DNA of 24,900 nucleotides. Source: a virus (taxonomy: Duplodnaviria > Caudoviricetes). The stretch lies in IMG/VR virus record IMGVR_UViG_3300020043_006659, positions 1 to 24,900 of that record; one strand, 5' to 3'. Positions 17,496 through 24,448 of the stretch are shown here, one piece after another. The notes under the pieces are model-generated. The model saw only the letters and a program-made list of their open reading frames with translations, was not told the DNA's origin and made no database searches. A program made the translations under genes and the position numbers. Every line of letters starts with the position of its first letter. The stretch's first letter is position 1.

Positions 17496-17747
17496 ATGGG
17501 ACGCAAGCCCAAGGTGCCGAAGGTCATCGTCCGCCCTCTACCGGGCGACACGGCAGGGCTGGCTTGCAAGGCCGACAACACCATCGAGATAGACCCGAAC
17601 ATCACGGAGCGCGAGCGCCTGCGCGTGACCGTGCATGAGGCTTATCATCTCGCGGACTGGAAGGCCAGGGAGGACAAGGTTGACCGGGTCTCCCGCAAGA
17701 TAGCCGAGGTCCTCTGGTCGCAAGGCTATCGAAGAATCTCACGATGA
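17496..17747 (+). CDS. Small HExxH zinc-metallopeptidase-like protein
   Basis: MGRKPKVP...IEIDP...TVHEAYH. Start placed at ATG 17496 because the longer ORF runs through the terminator. Confidence 0.6.
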   Translation: MGRKPKVPKVIVRPLPGDTAGLACKADNTIEIDPNITERERLRVTVHEAYHLADWKAREDKVDRVSRKIAEVLWSQGYRRISR

Positions 17748-18364
17748 AACACGTCCTCATTCCCATCTCTGGCTTCGCAAGGGCGGGCAAAGATTCCCTG
17801 GCTGACTTCATCTTCGACCATCTCGAAGAAGCCGAACCCTCCTATTCCGTCATCACGCTGAAGTTCGCCGACGCGCTGAAGTCCGACCTGGAGAAGGCGA
17901 TGGCCGCCGTCGGAGTCGAGGTGGACGCCTTCACCGAGGACCAGGAAAAGAAGAAGGCCCTCCGCCCCATGCTCGTGGCCTACGGCGAATACCGCCGGAG
18001 CCTCGACCCTGACGTCTGGGTGAAGAAGGTGATGAAGGAGATCGGCGTATGGGTGAACGACACGCTGGACGAAACGGACTGCACCGGCTCGGTCATCCTC
18101 ATCCCCGACATGAGATACCTCAACGAATATGAGAAGCTGAAGGCGATGGCCGAGAAGCATGGATGGGCGTTCGTCCCCATCTACATCGAACGGCATGGCA
18201 ACCTTCCCGCGAACGAGCAGGAGGCTTACAGCATCGCCGAGATGGCGGCCAAAGGATGCTTCAGCACCGGGCACGCCCTGCAGCTGTCCTTCGGAGACAA
18301 GTCCCTTGAGCGCATCAGCCAATGGGCCAAGCAGTTCACCCAGGAGATGAGCGTCTACCGATGA
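17744..18364 (+). CDS. Deoxynucleoside monophosphate kinase-like P-loop protein
   Basis: ISGFARAGKDS P-loop, KFADALK, R..LVAYGEYRR..DPDVWV and IPDMRYLNE, as in T4 gp1-type dNMP kinases. Confidence 0.8.
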   Translation: MKHVLIPISGFARAGKDSLADFIFDHLEEAEPSYSVITLKFADALKSDLEKAMAAVGVEVDAFTEDQEKKKALRPMLVAYGEYRRSLDPDVWVKKVMKEIGVWVNDTLDETDCTGSVILIPDMRYLNEYEKLKAMAEKHGWAFVPIYIERHGNLPANEQEAYSIAEMAAKGCFSTGHALQLSFGDKSLERISQWAKQFTQEMSVYR

Positions 18365-19119
18365 ACGTGATCCGCAAGTGGCGTCGCTTCGCCGTCGTGT
18401 CCTGCTCGCACGGGCATCTGATGGACCCTGCCGCCGGCGACAGCGTGTGCGCCTTCATCAAGGCTTTCGAGCCTCACAGGTTCGACCACGCAGGAGACTA
18501 CACGGACCTCTCCCCGCTGATGGGCAACGGCAAGGGCGACGGCGACCCGCTCGGACCTGACGTCGAGGACGGGCTGGCCTTCCTCGAAAGGCTCAAGGCT
18601 TACAAGGACCTCGAGCTCGTCGTGCATGACGGCAACCATGAGGCCCGGCTGCGCAGGCTGTCACAGTCCTCCAACGAGGTCGTGGCCGAGTGCGCCCGGC
18701 TCCTGCTCGTCCAGATCCAGCAGCATTGCCTCAAGCTGAAGGCCAAGCAGATACCTTACAACGGCATCTGGGAAGGCTCGCGCATCGGCAACGGCCTCAT
18801 CACGCACGGCTCCATCTACAACGAGAACGCCTGCCGGGACATGGCCGAGATGTATTGCAAGGGCGGCGTCTCCGTCGTCATCTTCGGGCATACCCATTCC
18901 CCGGGCATCGCCAAGGGCCGCCGCGACGACTCGCCCCTGGGCATCAACGTCGGCACGCTGACCCGCATGGGTTGCATGGACTACGCGAACTCACGCAGGA
19001 AGACGTTTTCGTGGGGGCAGGCCATCTGCTACGGCGAATACTCCGACGACCTCATCATCCCCACGCTCTACGTCCACCCGCAGGAACTCGCCGGCCAGCC
19101 TTGGCGCATCAGCGTATGA
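18361..19119 (+). CDS. Calcineurin-like metallophosphoesterase
   Basis: SCSHG, AGDYTD, GNHE, THG and GHTH motifs; ATG 18361 overlaps the kinase stop. Confidence 0.85.
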   Translation: MNVIRKWRRFAVVSCSHGHLMDPAAGDSVCAFIKAFEPHRFDHAGDYTDLSPLMGNGKGDGDPLGPDVEDGLAFLERLKAYKDLELVVHDGNHEARLRRLSQSSNEVVAECARLLLVQIQQHCLKLKAKQIPYNGIWEGSRIGNGLITHGSIYNENACRDMAEMYCKGGVSVVIFGHTHSPGIAKGRRDDSPLGINVGTLTRMGCMDYANSRRKTFSWGQAICYGEYSDDLIIPTLYVHPQELAGQPWRISV

Positions 19120-19556
19120 CCGAGACCAGCAAGCTGCTCGCAGTCCTGATGAGGGAACTGAGGCAGGAGCCTGCGGCGCAACCGCCCTCGGAGGAAGGCT
19201 GGATCAGGACAAAGGAGCTGCGGGCCGAGTTCGGAATGGCGACGATGGGCGCGGCGCGGGAGATAGCCGACCGCATCGTGGCCGCCGGGTTCGCCGAGCG
19301 CAAGGTGGTGAAGTTCGGAAACGTCCTGTTCCGGCTTTCGCCTAAGTTCAGGACCTGGAAGGAAGCCCACGCCGCCCAGAAAGCCAGCAGGGTCCAGAAG
19401 GTTCCGGCAGGCTGGATGACCCTGTCGGCCATCGCCTTGGACATGAAGCGGACCATCAGGGGGCTGCAGTATGTCGCCACCGCCGGACGATTCCCCTATA
19501 AGGTTTATAACATACCTTCACCGACCCGCCACTACCAGCGCAGCCGGTTCGGCTGA
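19116..19556 (+). CDS. Putative DNA-binding protein with two winged-HTH-like units
   Basis: ATGA overlap at 19116; repeated units GWIRTKELRAEFG and GWMTLSAIALDMK. Confidence 0.55.
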   Translation: MTETSKLLAVLMRELRQEPAAQPPSEEGWIRTKELRAEFGMATMGAAREIADRIVAAGFAERKVVKFGNVLFRLSPKFRTWKEAHAAQKASRVQKVPAGWMTLSAIALDMKRTIRGLQYVATAGRFPYKVYNIPSPTRHYQRSRFG

Positions 19557-19585
19557 AAACAGGAAGGGCACCCTTGCGGATGCCC
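19556..19585 (-). terminator. Terminator-like hairpin for the minus-strand operon
   Basis: On the - strand: GGGCATCC-GCAA-GGGTGCCC followed by TTCCTGTTTT. Confidence 0.7.
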
Positions 19586-19640
19586 TGAGCCCGACTGCCC
19601 CCTTGCGATCCCGCACAAGTGATTGTGCCGGGCTCGACGC

Positions 19641-20114
19641 CTAACGTGCTGACCGCTTGGGCTTTGGCAAGCCCCAAGCCAGCGTGTTGACCTGCCTTGC
19701 CTTGGCGAACCTGGCCGCAGGGACTTCCGCCCATTGGAAGTCATACCGCGAGAAGCCCGTCCAGCCGAGGTTCCACGCCAGCCATATCTCGCCGGGAAAC
19801 GGCTGCCGACCCATCTCAGCCGTCAGCCTGACCTTCAGGACGGTCAGCCAGGTGCGGGCGTAGTCCTTCGCCTTGGCCGGGTCTGACGCGGCGGAGTAGG
19901 GCCAGACGGCCAGCCCTGCCTTGCGCCTGATGGCCGAGCAGTCCGACCATGCGGCGGAGTGCCATTGGAACGGGCCTCGGGCTTTGCCGCCGTCGCCCAA
20001 GGGGGTGGCCGCCCCACGGCCCGAGGACTCGACCATCTCGACGGCCTGCAGGACAGGCTCTGGGACGGCCTCAGAGGCCAGAAGCCCTGCGGTGAGGGTA
20101 AGGAGCAGGGTCAT
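19641..20114 (-). CDS. Lysozyme-like / lytic transglycosylase with N-terminal hydrophobic segment
   Basis: AVEMVESSG (catalytic Glu-Ser), GDGGKARGPFQ and AWNLG motifs of the lysozyme-like superfamily. Confidence 0.75.
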   Translation of the reverse strand: MTLLLTLTAGLLASEAVPEPVLQAVEMVESSGRGAATPLGDGGKARGPFQWHSAAWSDCSAIRRKAGLAVWPYSAASDPAKAKDYARTWLTVLKVRLTAEMGRQPFPGEIWLAWNLGWTGFSRYDFQWAEVPAARFAKARQVNTLAWGLPKPKRSAR

Positions 20115-20446
20115 GGGTGCTTAGGGGCTTGGCGGGGCAAGGAGGCACCGAAGCCGAGGCGTCTGGCCACGGAGTAAACCGTGTGCCCGGGGATGCCGGA
20201 GGTCTCGATGATCTGCGACAGGGTCATCCGGCTCCTGATGCCGGCCTTGACGAGGGCCTTGACCGAGCCGTGAGGCCGACGCTCAGGACGCAGGCTGAAG
20301 CCGTAGTCCCTGGCGCACGACCTGATGGAGTGGACCGGGAAGCCGGTGGCCTTGGCCAGCTCGGTGGCCGTGATGCCCGTGCCGTCGGCTTGGGCGCAGG
20401 CTTCCTTCACGGCGCCGTAGGGGGCGCGCTTACGGGTGGTAGTCAT
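20111..20446 (-). CDS. Tandem HTH-like protein
   Basis: Two similar halves: PYGAVK...TATELAKATGFPVHSIRSCARDYGF and PHGSVK...TLSQIIETSGIPGHTVYSVARRLGF. Confidence 0.6.
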   Translation of the reverse strand: MTTTRKRAPYGAVKEACAQADGTGITATELAKATGFPVHSIRSCARDYGFSLRPERRPHGSVKALVKAGIRSRMTLSQIIETSGIPGHTVYSVARRLGFGASLPRQAPKHP

Positions 20447-20681
20447 AGTCGTGGAGGGCCATGCTGATCGCCCGGGTAAGTCCGGGGATGGCTTCCGGGT
20501 CGATTTCCTCGCCGTCCTCGTTGAGCACGGTTATCACGTCGTAGTCCTCGGCCTCCCAATGGGAGTCGTGATGGGTCCCGAAGGCATGGTCGAAGGAGTC
20601 GTCCACCACCTCCCAGGTCACGTCGAGCACGGCGGTGTATTCGTCGCCGGCGTGGCGGAGGGTCAGTTCGAGCTCACTCAT
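20430..20681 (-). CDS. Small acidic hypothetical protein
   Basis: 83 aa, DDSFDHAFG motif, overlapping both neighbours in the operon. Confidence 0.6.
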   Translation of the reverse strand: MSELELTLRHAGDEYTAVLDVTWEVVDDSFDHAFGTHHDSHWEAEDYDVITVLNEDGEEIDPEAIPGLTRAISMALHDYDYHP

Positions 20682-20880
20682 GGTTGCGTCCCTCCAACTC
20701 CTTGACGCGGTCCTTCAGCCGTGCGATCTCATCGTCGGCGCTGATGGTCGCCTGTATGACGGCGGCTCGCATGACCTTCAGCACCTCGACGTTGAAGGCG
20801 TGGCGGAAGGCTTCGGCCCGGTCACGCTCGCGGGCGAGCTCCAGGCGCAGGGTGGTCACTTGGTCCAGGGGGTCGTTCAT
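20674..20880 (-). CDS. Small coiled-coil hypothetical protein
   Basis: 68 aa, tightly overlapping its neighbours. Confidence 0.6.
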   Translation of the reverse strand: MNDPLDQVTTLRLELARERDRAEAFRHAFNVEVLKVMRAAVIQATISADDEIARLKDRVKELEGRNHE

Positions 20881-21227
20881 TTGCGTAGCTTAGGGAGTTT
20901 GCGGTATTGGCGGAAAGAGTGGATGGCGTCTGGAGATATGCGGAACTCCTCGGCGGCCTCGTTCGTCGTCTTGTCATGCTTGCGGGCCCAGTCGTAAGCC
21001 ATGCGGGCGATCATGCTGACTGAGCCGTGGCCTTCGGCCTTCTTGCGCGGAGGCTGGGCCTTGTGCTTCGTCTCGGCAGGCCAGCACCCTAGGCGCTTGA
21101 GCAACGCCCGGGTCTCGGCGGCCTTGTCATAATGTATCTGCAGGCGGGCCTCGGCCTGCGGCACGTGCTTGTCAATCATGTCGTGCAGCTCGTTGATGGG
21201 CGTGCGTGGGTTGTAAGGGGTGGTCAT
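20877..21227 (-). CDS. Hypothetical protein with C-terminal HTH-like unit
   Basis: 116 aa; TTNEAAEEFRISPDAIHSF; 4-bp overlaps at both ends. Confidence 0.55.
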   Translation of the reverse strand: MTTPYNPRTPINELHDMIDKHVPQAEARLQIHYDKAAETRALLKRLGCWPAETKHKAQPPRKKAEGHGSVSMIARMAYDWARKHDKTTNEAAEEFRISPDAIHSFRQYRKLPKLRK

Positions 21228-21382
21228 GCTGAAGGCTTCCAGGCGTTGAGGCTGAACAGGTGCTCCCAGCGCTTGCGGTGCTCGGCCAGCCTGTCGGACA
21301 CGGTGCGCTGCTCGTAAGGCGTGAGAGCCTTGAGGCCGGGACGGAAAAGCTCCGGCCTGCGCTTGCGGGTGGGCTTACGCAT
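21224..21382 (-). CDS. Small basic hypothetical protein (MRKPTRKRRPELF...)
   Basis: ATG at 21382 overlaps the end of the upstream gene, giving 52 aa. Confidence 0.5.
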   Translation of the reverse strand: MRKPTRKRRPELFRPGLKALTPYEQRTVSDRLAEHRKRWEHLFSLNAWKPSA

Positions 21383-21680
21383 GGGGCTTGCCCTCCTTGG
21401 CGGCGTTCCAGCGTTTGACGCATTGATGAACGATGGTCGGGCCGTTGTAGTCTTTAGCCATCTCCTCGTTGAATTGGATAGAGGAAGCCATCGCATCCCC
21501 GGCCTTGGTCAGACGCTCGACCTGTGCCTGTAATTCCTTGTTAGGGATAAGGGTGCAATTACAGAAGACCATCAGATGCTCAACCTCAGTCTTAATGCGG
21601 GCGTTCTCGGCCTTGAGGCGGGCGACTTCCTTGTTCAGTTCGCCGACGCGGCGCATCATCGTCAGTTCTAAGTCGCTCAT
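21375..21680 (-). CDS. Coiled-coil hypothetical protein
   Basis: 101 aa; EVARLKAEN and QVERLTKAGD units; more AT-rich than its neighbours. Confidence 0.6.
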   Translation of the reverse strand: MSDLELTMMRRVGELNKEVARLKAENARIKTEVEHLMVFCNCTLIPNKELQAQVERLTKAGDAMASSIQFNEEMAKDYNGPTIVHQCVKRWNAAKEGKPHA

Positions 21681-21964
21681 ACGCGTCTCGGGACTTGGGA
21701 GCCGGTGATCGTGAAGCCGTCGGCCAGCTCGTAGGAGTAGGTGATGCCGACCCAGCCACCGGCGGCGGCGTAAGCCTGGAGCGATACCTTCACGGCGCCG
21801 TCTTCGTGCAGGGCTTCGTGGTAGTGATGCAGGAGCTTCTTCATGCGGGTCGAGGCGATGGCGGCCTTGGCGGAGCAGATGTCGCCGGACATCACGCGCT
21901 CGTTGATTTCGTAGATTTCGGACAGCAGGGCGGTCATGCCGTCGAGGTGGCGGAAACTACTCAT
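21677..21964 (-). CDS. Hypothetical protein
   Basis: 95 aa, typical codon usage, overlapping neighbours. Confidence 0.65.
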   Translation of the reverse strand: MSSFRHLDGMTALLSEIYEINERVMSGDICSAKAAIASTRMKKLLHHYHEALHEDGAVKVSLQAYAAAGGWVGITYSYELADGFTITGSQVPRRV

Positions 21965-22244
21965 GGGGATGGGCGTCCGGGGTGATGGCCTTTCCAGCGA
22001 TGATGGCCTCGTTCAGGTCTTCGACGCGGCGCCGGAGGTTCGCGATCTCCTCGGACTGGTCGGCGATGATGTGGGCCTGCATGGTCAACGCTTCGTCCTG
22101 CCTGTCGGACAGGGCTCGCAGGGCGTTGGCGGCGGTGTGCAGGGTGCGGGCGTAGCTCCAGGGGAAGAGCCACCAGAGGGTCGGCTTGGCGTGGGGTCGT
22201 ATGATGGTCATGGGTTGGTAGGGGCGGTGGGATGGGTCAGGCAT
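21957..22244 (-). CDS. Coiled-coil hypothetical protein
   Basis: 95 aa with 8-bp overlaps with both neighbours. Confidence 0.6.
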   Translation of the reverse strand: MPDPSHRPYQPMTIIRPHAKPTLWWLFPWSYARTLHTAANALRALSDRQDEALTMQAHIIADQSEEIANLRRRVEDLNEAIIAGKAITPDAHPHE

Positions 22245-22500
22245 GGGAAGAGGCTTTTAAGGCGGCGAGGCGGGCCCTGCGCTTGAGGTAGGCTTTGCGC
22301 TGGATAGCCTTAAACTTCTCCGGGTTCGCAGCCTGCCAAGCACGGGCATTAGCGATGATCCGTTCCTTGTTAAGCAGGTAGTATTGTTTGCGCCATTCAG
22401 GGTTGCGGGCTTCCCAGGCCCTTGCGATTGCCTGAACCTTTTTTTTGTTGGCGGCGTAGTAAAGACGCTGCTTAAAGTTTTTGATTTCCTTGTCGGTCAT
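22237..22500 (-). CDS. Basic helical-repeat protein resembling the N-terminal arm of phage HNH endonucleases, without a nuclease domain
   Basis: Start at ATG 22500 (MTDKEIKNF...); repeats YYAANKKKV..ARAWEARNPE and YYLLNKERI..ARAWQAANPE; AT-rich. Confidence 0.6.
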   Translation of the reverse strand: MTDKEIKNFKQRLYYAANKKKVQAIARAWEARNPEWRKQYYLLNKERIIANARAWQAANPEKFKAIQRKAYLKRRARLAALKASSHA

Positions 22501-22507
22501 GGTCGTA

Positions 22508-22777
22508 TCAGCTGCGCTTCTTGTAAGGGCCGCGGGCCTTGAGGTTGCGCCACTCGGTGTTCGTGATGTCGAGCCACTTGCGGAGGGTGCAGACCGTCGT
22601 GCCGAGGGCGGCGGCGGCGTCGGCCTGAGACTTGCCGGCGGCGTTGAGCGCGGCGATCTGCGGGAGGATGGCCTGGAGGCGGTTCGCGGCGTAGTAGGCC
22701 ATCGGACGCTTGAGGGGGAGGGGCCGACCTGCGAATCTGAGGTGGTCGGTGAACATGGTGTGGTGTGCGTTGGGCAT
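22508..22777 (-). CDS. HTH DNA-binding protein
   Basis: GKSQADAAAALGTTVCTLRKWL is a classical HTH pattern. Confidence 0.7.
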   Translation of the reverse strand: MPNAHHTMFTDHLRFAGRPLPLKRPMAYYAANRLQAILPQIAALNAAGKSQADAAAALGTTVCTLRKWLDITNTEWRNLKARGPYKKRS

Positions 22778-22786
22778 GGTGGAAGG

Positions 22787-23125
22787 TTAGGCGAGAGTCC
22801 AGCAGAGGATGGTGACCTTAGGACGGGAATGGGAGCCGGCGTCCCGGTATTCGACGACCTGGTCATAGCGGGCGCAGGCTTGAGCCTTGGCCTTGGCGGT
22901 GACGTAGGGGTTGAAGTCTCCGGCGGTGGGTTCGCTCGCGAGGACGACGATCTGGCCCTTGGCATGGTCGATGCCGTAGAGGGCGTAGGAGCCGATACCG
23001 CGGACGTAGCCGTCCTTGTCCTTGAGGGACGCGGTCTCGCGGAAGGTGGTGACCTTGCGCGTGAGGAGTTCGACCATCGCCTTGTCAGAAACGAGGGTGG
23101 CCTTGGGTTTGGTGTTGGTGCTCAT
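22787..23125 (-). CDS. Hypothetical protein (MSTNTKPKATL...)
   Basis: Likely start is ATG 23125 after CCCACACACC; strong codon bias. Confidence 0.65.
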   Translation of the reverse strand: MSTNTKPKATLVSDKAMVELLTRKVTTFRETASLKDKDGYVRGIGSYALYGIDHAKGQIVVLASEPTAGDFNPYVTAKAKAQACARYDQVVEYRDAGSHSRPKVTILCWTLA

Positions 23126-23139
23126 GGTGTGGGTGGAAA

Positions 23140-23280
23140 TTAGCGGGCGCGGCGGTGGGTGACCTTGGCCTTGACCGGCTCCGGGCCGTTGATGGCGCGG
23201 GCCAGTTCGGGGCCGCAGAAGGTGACGACGGCCAGCCAGCCGAAGATGATGATGAACGAGAGGGCGATGAGGGACTTCAT
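23140..23280 (-). CDS. 46-aa single-TM protein (not in ORF track)
   Basis: MKSLIALSFIIIFGWLAVVTFCGPELARAINGPEPVKAKVTHRRAR; first gene after the promoter region. Confidence 0.65.
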   Translation of the reverse strand: MKSLIALSFIIIFGWLAVVTFCGPELARAINGPEPVKAKVTHRRAR

Positions 23281-23290
23281 ATTTGGTGTG

Positions 23291-23327
23291 CGTCAACATC
23301 CTTGGCGGACTGTTCCGCATTCGTCAA
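23291..23327 (-). promoter_or_regulatory. Putative promoter/operator for the minus-strand operon
   Basis: Two TTGACG hexamers (23327-23322 and 23296-23291) with the inverted repeat GCGGA-N4-TCCGC (23305-23318) between them. Confidence 0.4.
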
Positions 23328-23434
23328 GCACCTTTCCCAACAAACCCTGCGACCCTCATTCAAGGGTCTAGGATTTTAAGCCCCCAGGTCATAAAGGCCC
23401 GCCATATTAAGCGTACCCCTCGCCGGATAGGTAC

Positions 23435-23462
23435 AGGATGCCACCCTAGCCTGCCCTGTCAA
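23435..23462 (-). promoter_or_regulatory. Putative sigma70-type promoter, homologue of 14881-14908
   Basis: TTGACA-N16-CATCCT, flanked by the shared blocks CCTAGGGCAA and CTGT.CCTATCC.GC. Confidence 0.45.
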
Positions 23463-23489
23463 GCGGGCATTAGACCCCTCTGGCTTGCC

Positions 23490-23822
23490 CTAGGAGGCGT
23501 TTTGACGGCGGGAGCGTATGAAGACCGCCACCCCTACCCCTAGACACCCCACGGCCAAGGCCCAGCCAAGGTCGCGGACGGCCTTCAGCGCAAGGGTCGC
23601 AGCTGACAGACCCTGCTCGACGCTGACCGAGTCCGACTTGATGCCCGCGTCCGTCACGATCATGACCAGGGCGTCCCGAGATTGAAGCAGGTCGAGCACC
23701 ACCCCGGCGATGTAGGCGGACGCAAACGCCGACAGGCCCGCGAAGGCCGTGAGCAGGCAGACCGCCAGCAGGAGGTTACTTCCTCCGCTTGGCTGTTGGC
23801 TTGATGGCTTTGCCTTTCCCAT
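23490..23822 (-). CDS. Two-TM membrane protein, homologue of 14509-14835
   Basis: SNLLLAVCLLTAFAGL...LSAATLALKAVRDLG aligns with SNLLIAVCLLTGFAGL...LSSATLALRSVRDLG; start at ATG 23822. Confidence 0.8.
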   Translation of the reverse strand: MGKAKPSSQQPSGGSNLLLAVCLLTAFAGLSAFASAYIAGVVLDLLQSRDALVMIVTDAGIKSDSVSVEQGLSAATLALKAVRDLGWALAVGCLGVGVAVFIRSRRQNAS

Positions 23823-23874
23823 GGGGCTTGGAGGGTTTGCCGACGACCGCGGCGACTTCCTTTTCTCCGCGCGC
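23776..23874 (-). pseudogene. C-terminal fragment of a second holin, cut at the junction
   Basis: ARGEKEVAAVVGKPSKPHGKGKAIKPTAKRRK* aligns with the holin end VRAEREVGKVSKPAKPNGKAKRKRK*; similarity stops at 23874. Confidence 0.75.
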
Positions 23875-24243
23875 ATCTCCCTTGGTGGCTACACGGCAAT
23901 CGGTGCTGGCGATATGACCTCTACCATCCGTGGCATCGGATGGCGACTTCAGGGCGGCGGATCGTCAGCCCTCGAGCTCCAGGTCTCCAACGGTTCGACC
24001 GTCACCACTGTGACCAGTTCTTTCACGCCTACGTTGAAGCAATGCTTCGATTGGGAAATCTATTCTGACGGCGCTGGCAACGTGACCTTGTTCGTCAATG
24101 ACTCGCAGGTCGCCACGACCACCGCTGGCCCTACCGGCACGCAGACCAGCGGCCTCTACATGGAAGGCATGGACACCACGGCCTCTTCCACTTCCCCGTT
24201 CATCATGAACAACCTCGGCACCAAAATCTTCGTAGCAATCTGA
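23869..24243 (+). pseudogene. C-terminal fragment of a second tail fibre (alternative tip)
   Basis: ARISLG...RGIGW...SNGSTVTT...SDGAGNVTLFVNDSQVATTTAGPTG aligns with ARAVFG...RGYGW...HNGTTLTT...SDGAGTISLYVDGTLLGTSTGGPTG of 10829-13105; no N-terminal part present. Confidence 0.8.
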
Positions 24244-24244
24244 T

Positions 24245-24448
24245 ATGTCCTATCAATACAGCATCAAGTTAGCCTTCGGCAAGATTGACGCATCAGTGTG
24301 CCCGCCTCCGTTGCTGAACGAACTGTTCCCCGCCTACGACGGAGAGCCTGTCATCCTGTCAGAGCAGGAATGCCTCGTGACTTTCGCCACCCCGCAGACC
24401 CCCGTCGACCTCGGCCCTCTCGTCCGCGTAAAACTCATTTCCGAATAA
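24245..24448 (+). CDS. Small fibre-associated protein, homologue of 13098-13286
   Basis: Shares FPA.GEPV...VTF..PQTPVDLGPLV.V..ISE. Confidence 0.75.
   Translation: MSYQYSIKLAFGKIDASVCPPPLLNELFPAYDGEPVILSEQECLVTFATPQTPVDLGPLVRVKLISE

Noticed and set aside
19587-19640. HDV-like, hammerhead or other known ribozyme
   Set aside because: No CUGAUGA/GAAA core and no P1 pairing or L3 sequence for an HDV-like fold; kept only as a generic structured element.
14460-23874. Gin/Cin-type invertible segment or shufflon
   Set aside because: No serine or tyrosine recombinase and no short identical inverted crossover sites were seen. The junction joins two non-equivalent breakpoints, which a single site-specific inversion would not produce.
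12719-24243. Diversity-generating retroelement (TR/VR pair) for the two fibre tips
   Set aside because: No reverse transcriptase in the window, and the tips differ throughout rather than only at adenines.
23749-24243. 164-aa ORF as a genuine gene
   Set aside because: Its first 40 codons are the antisense of the holin/2-TM genes; only the part from 23869 is fibre-like.
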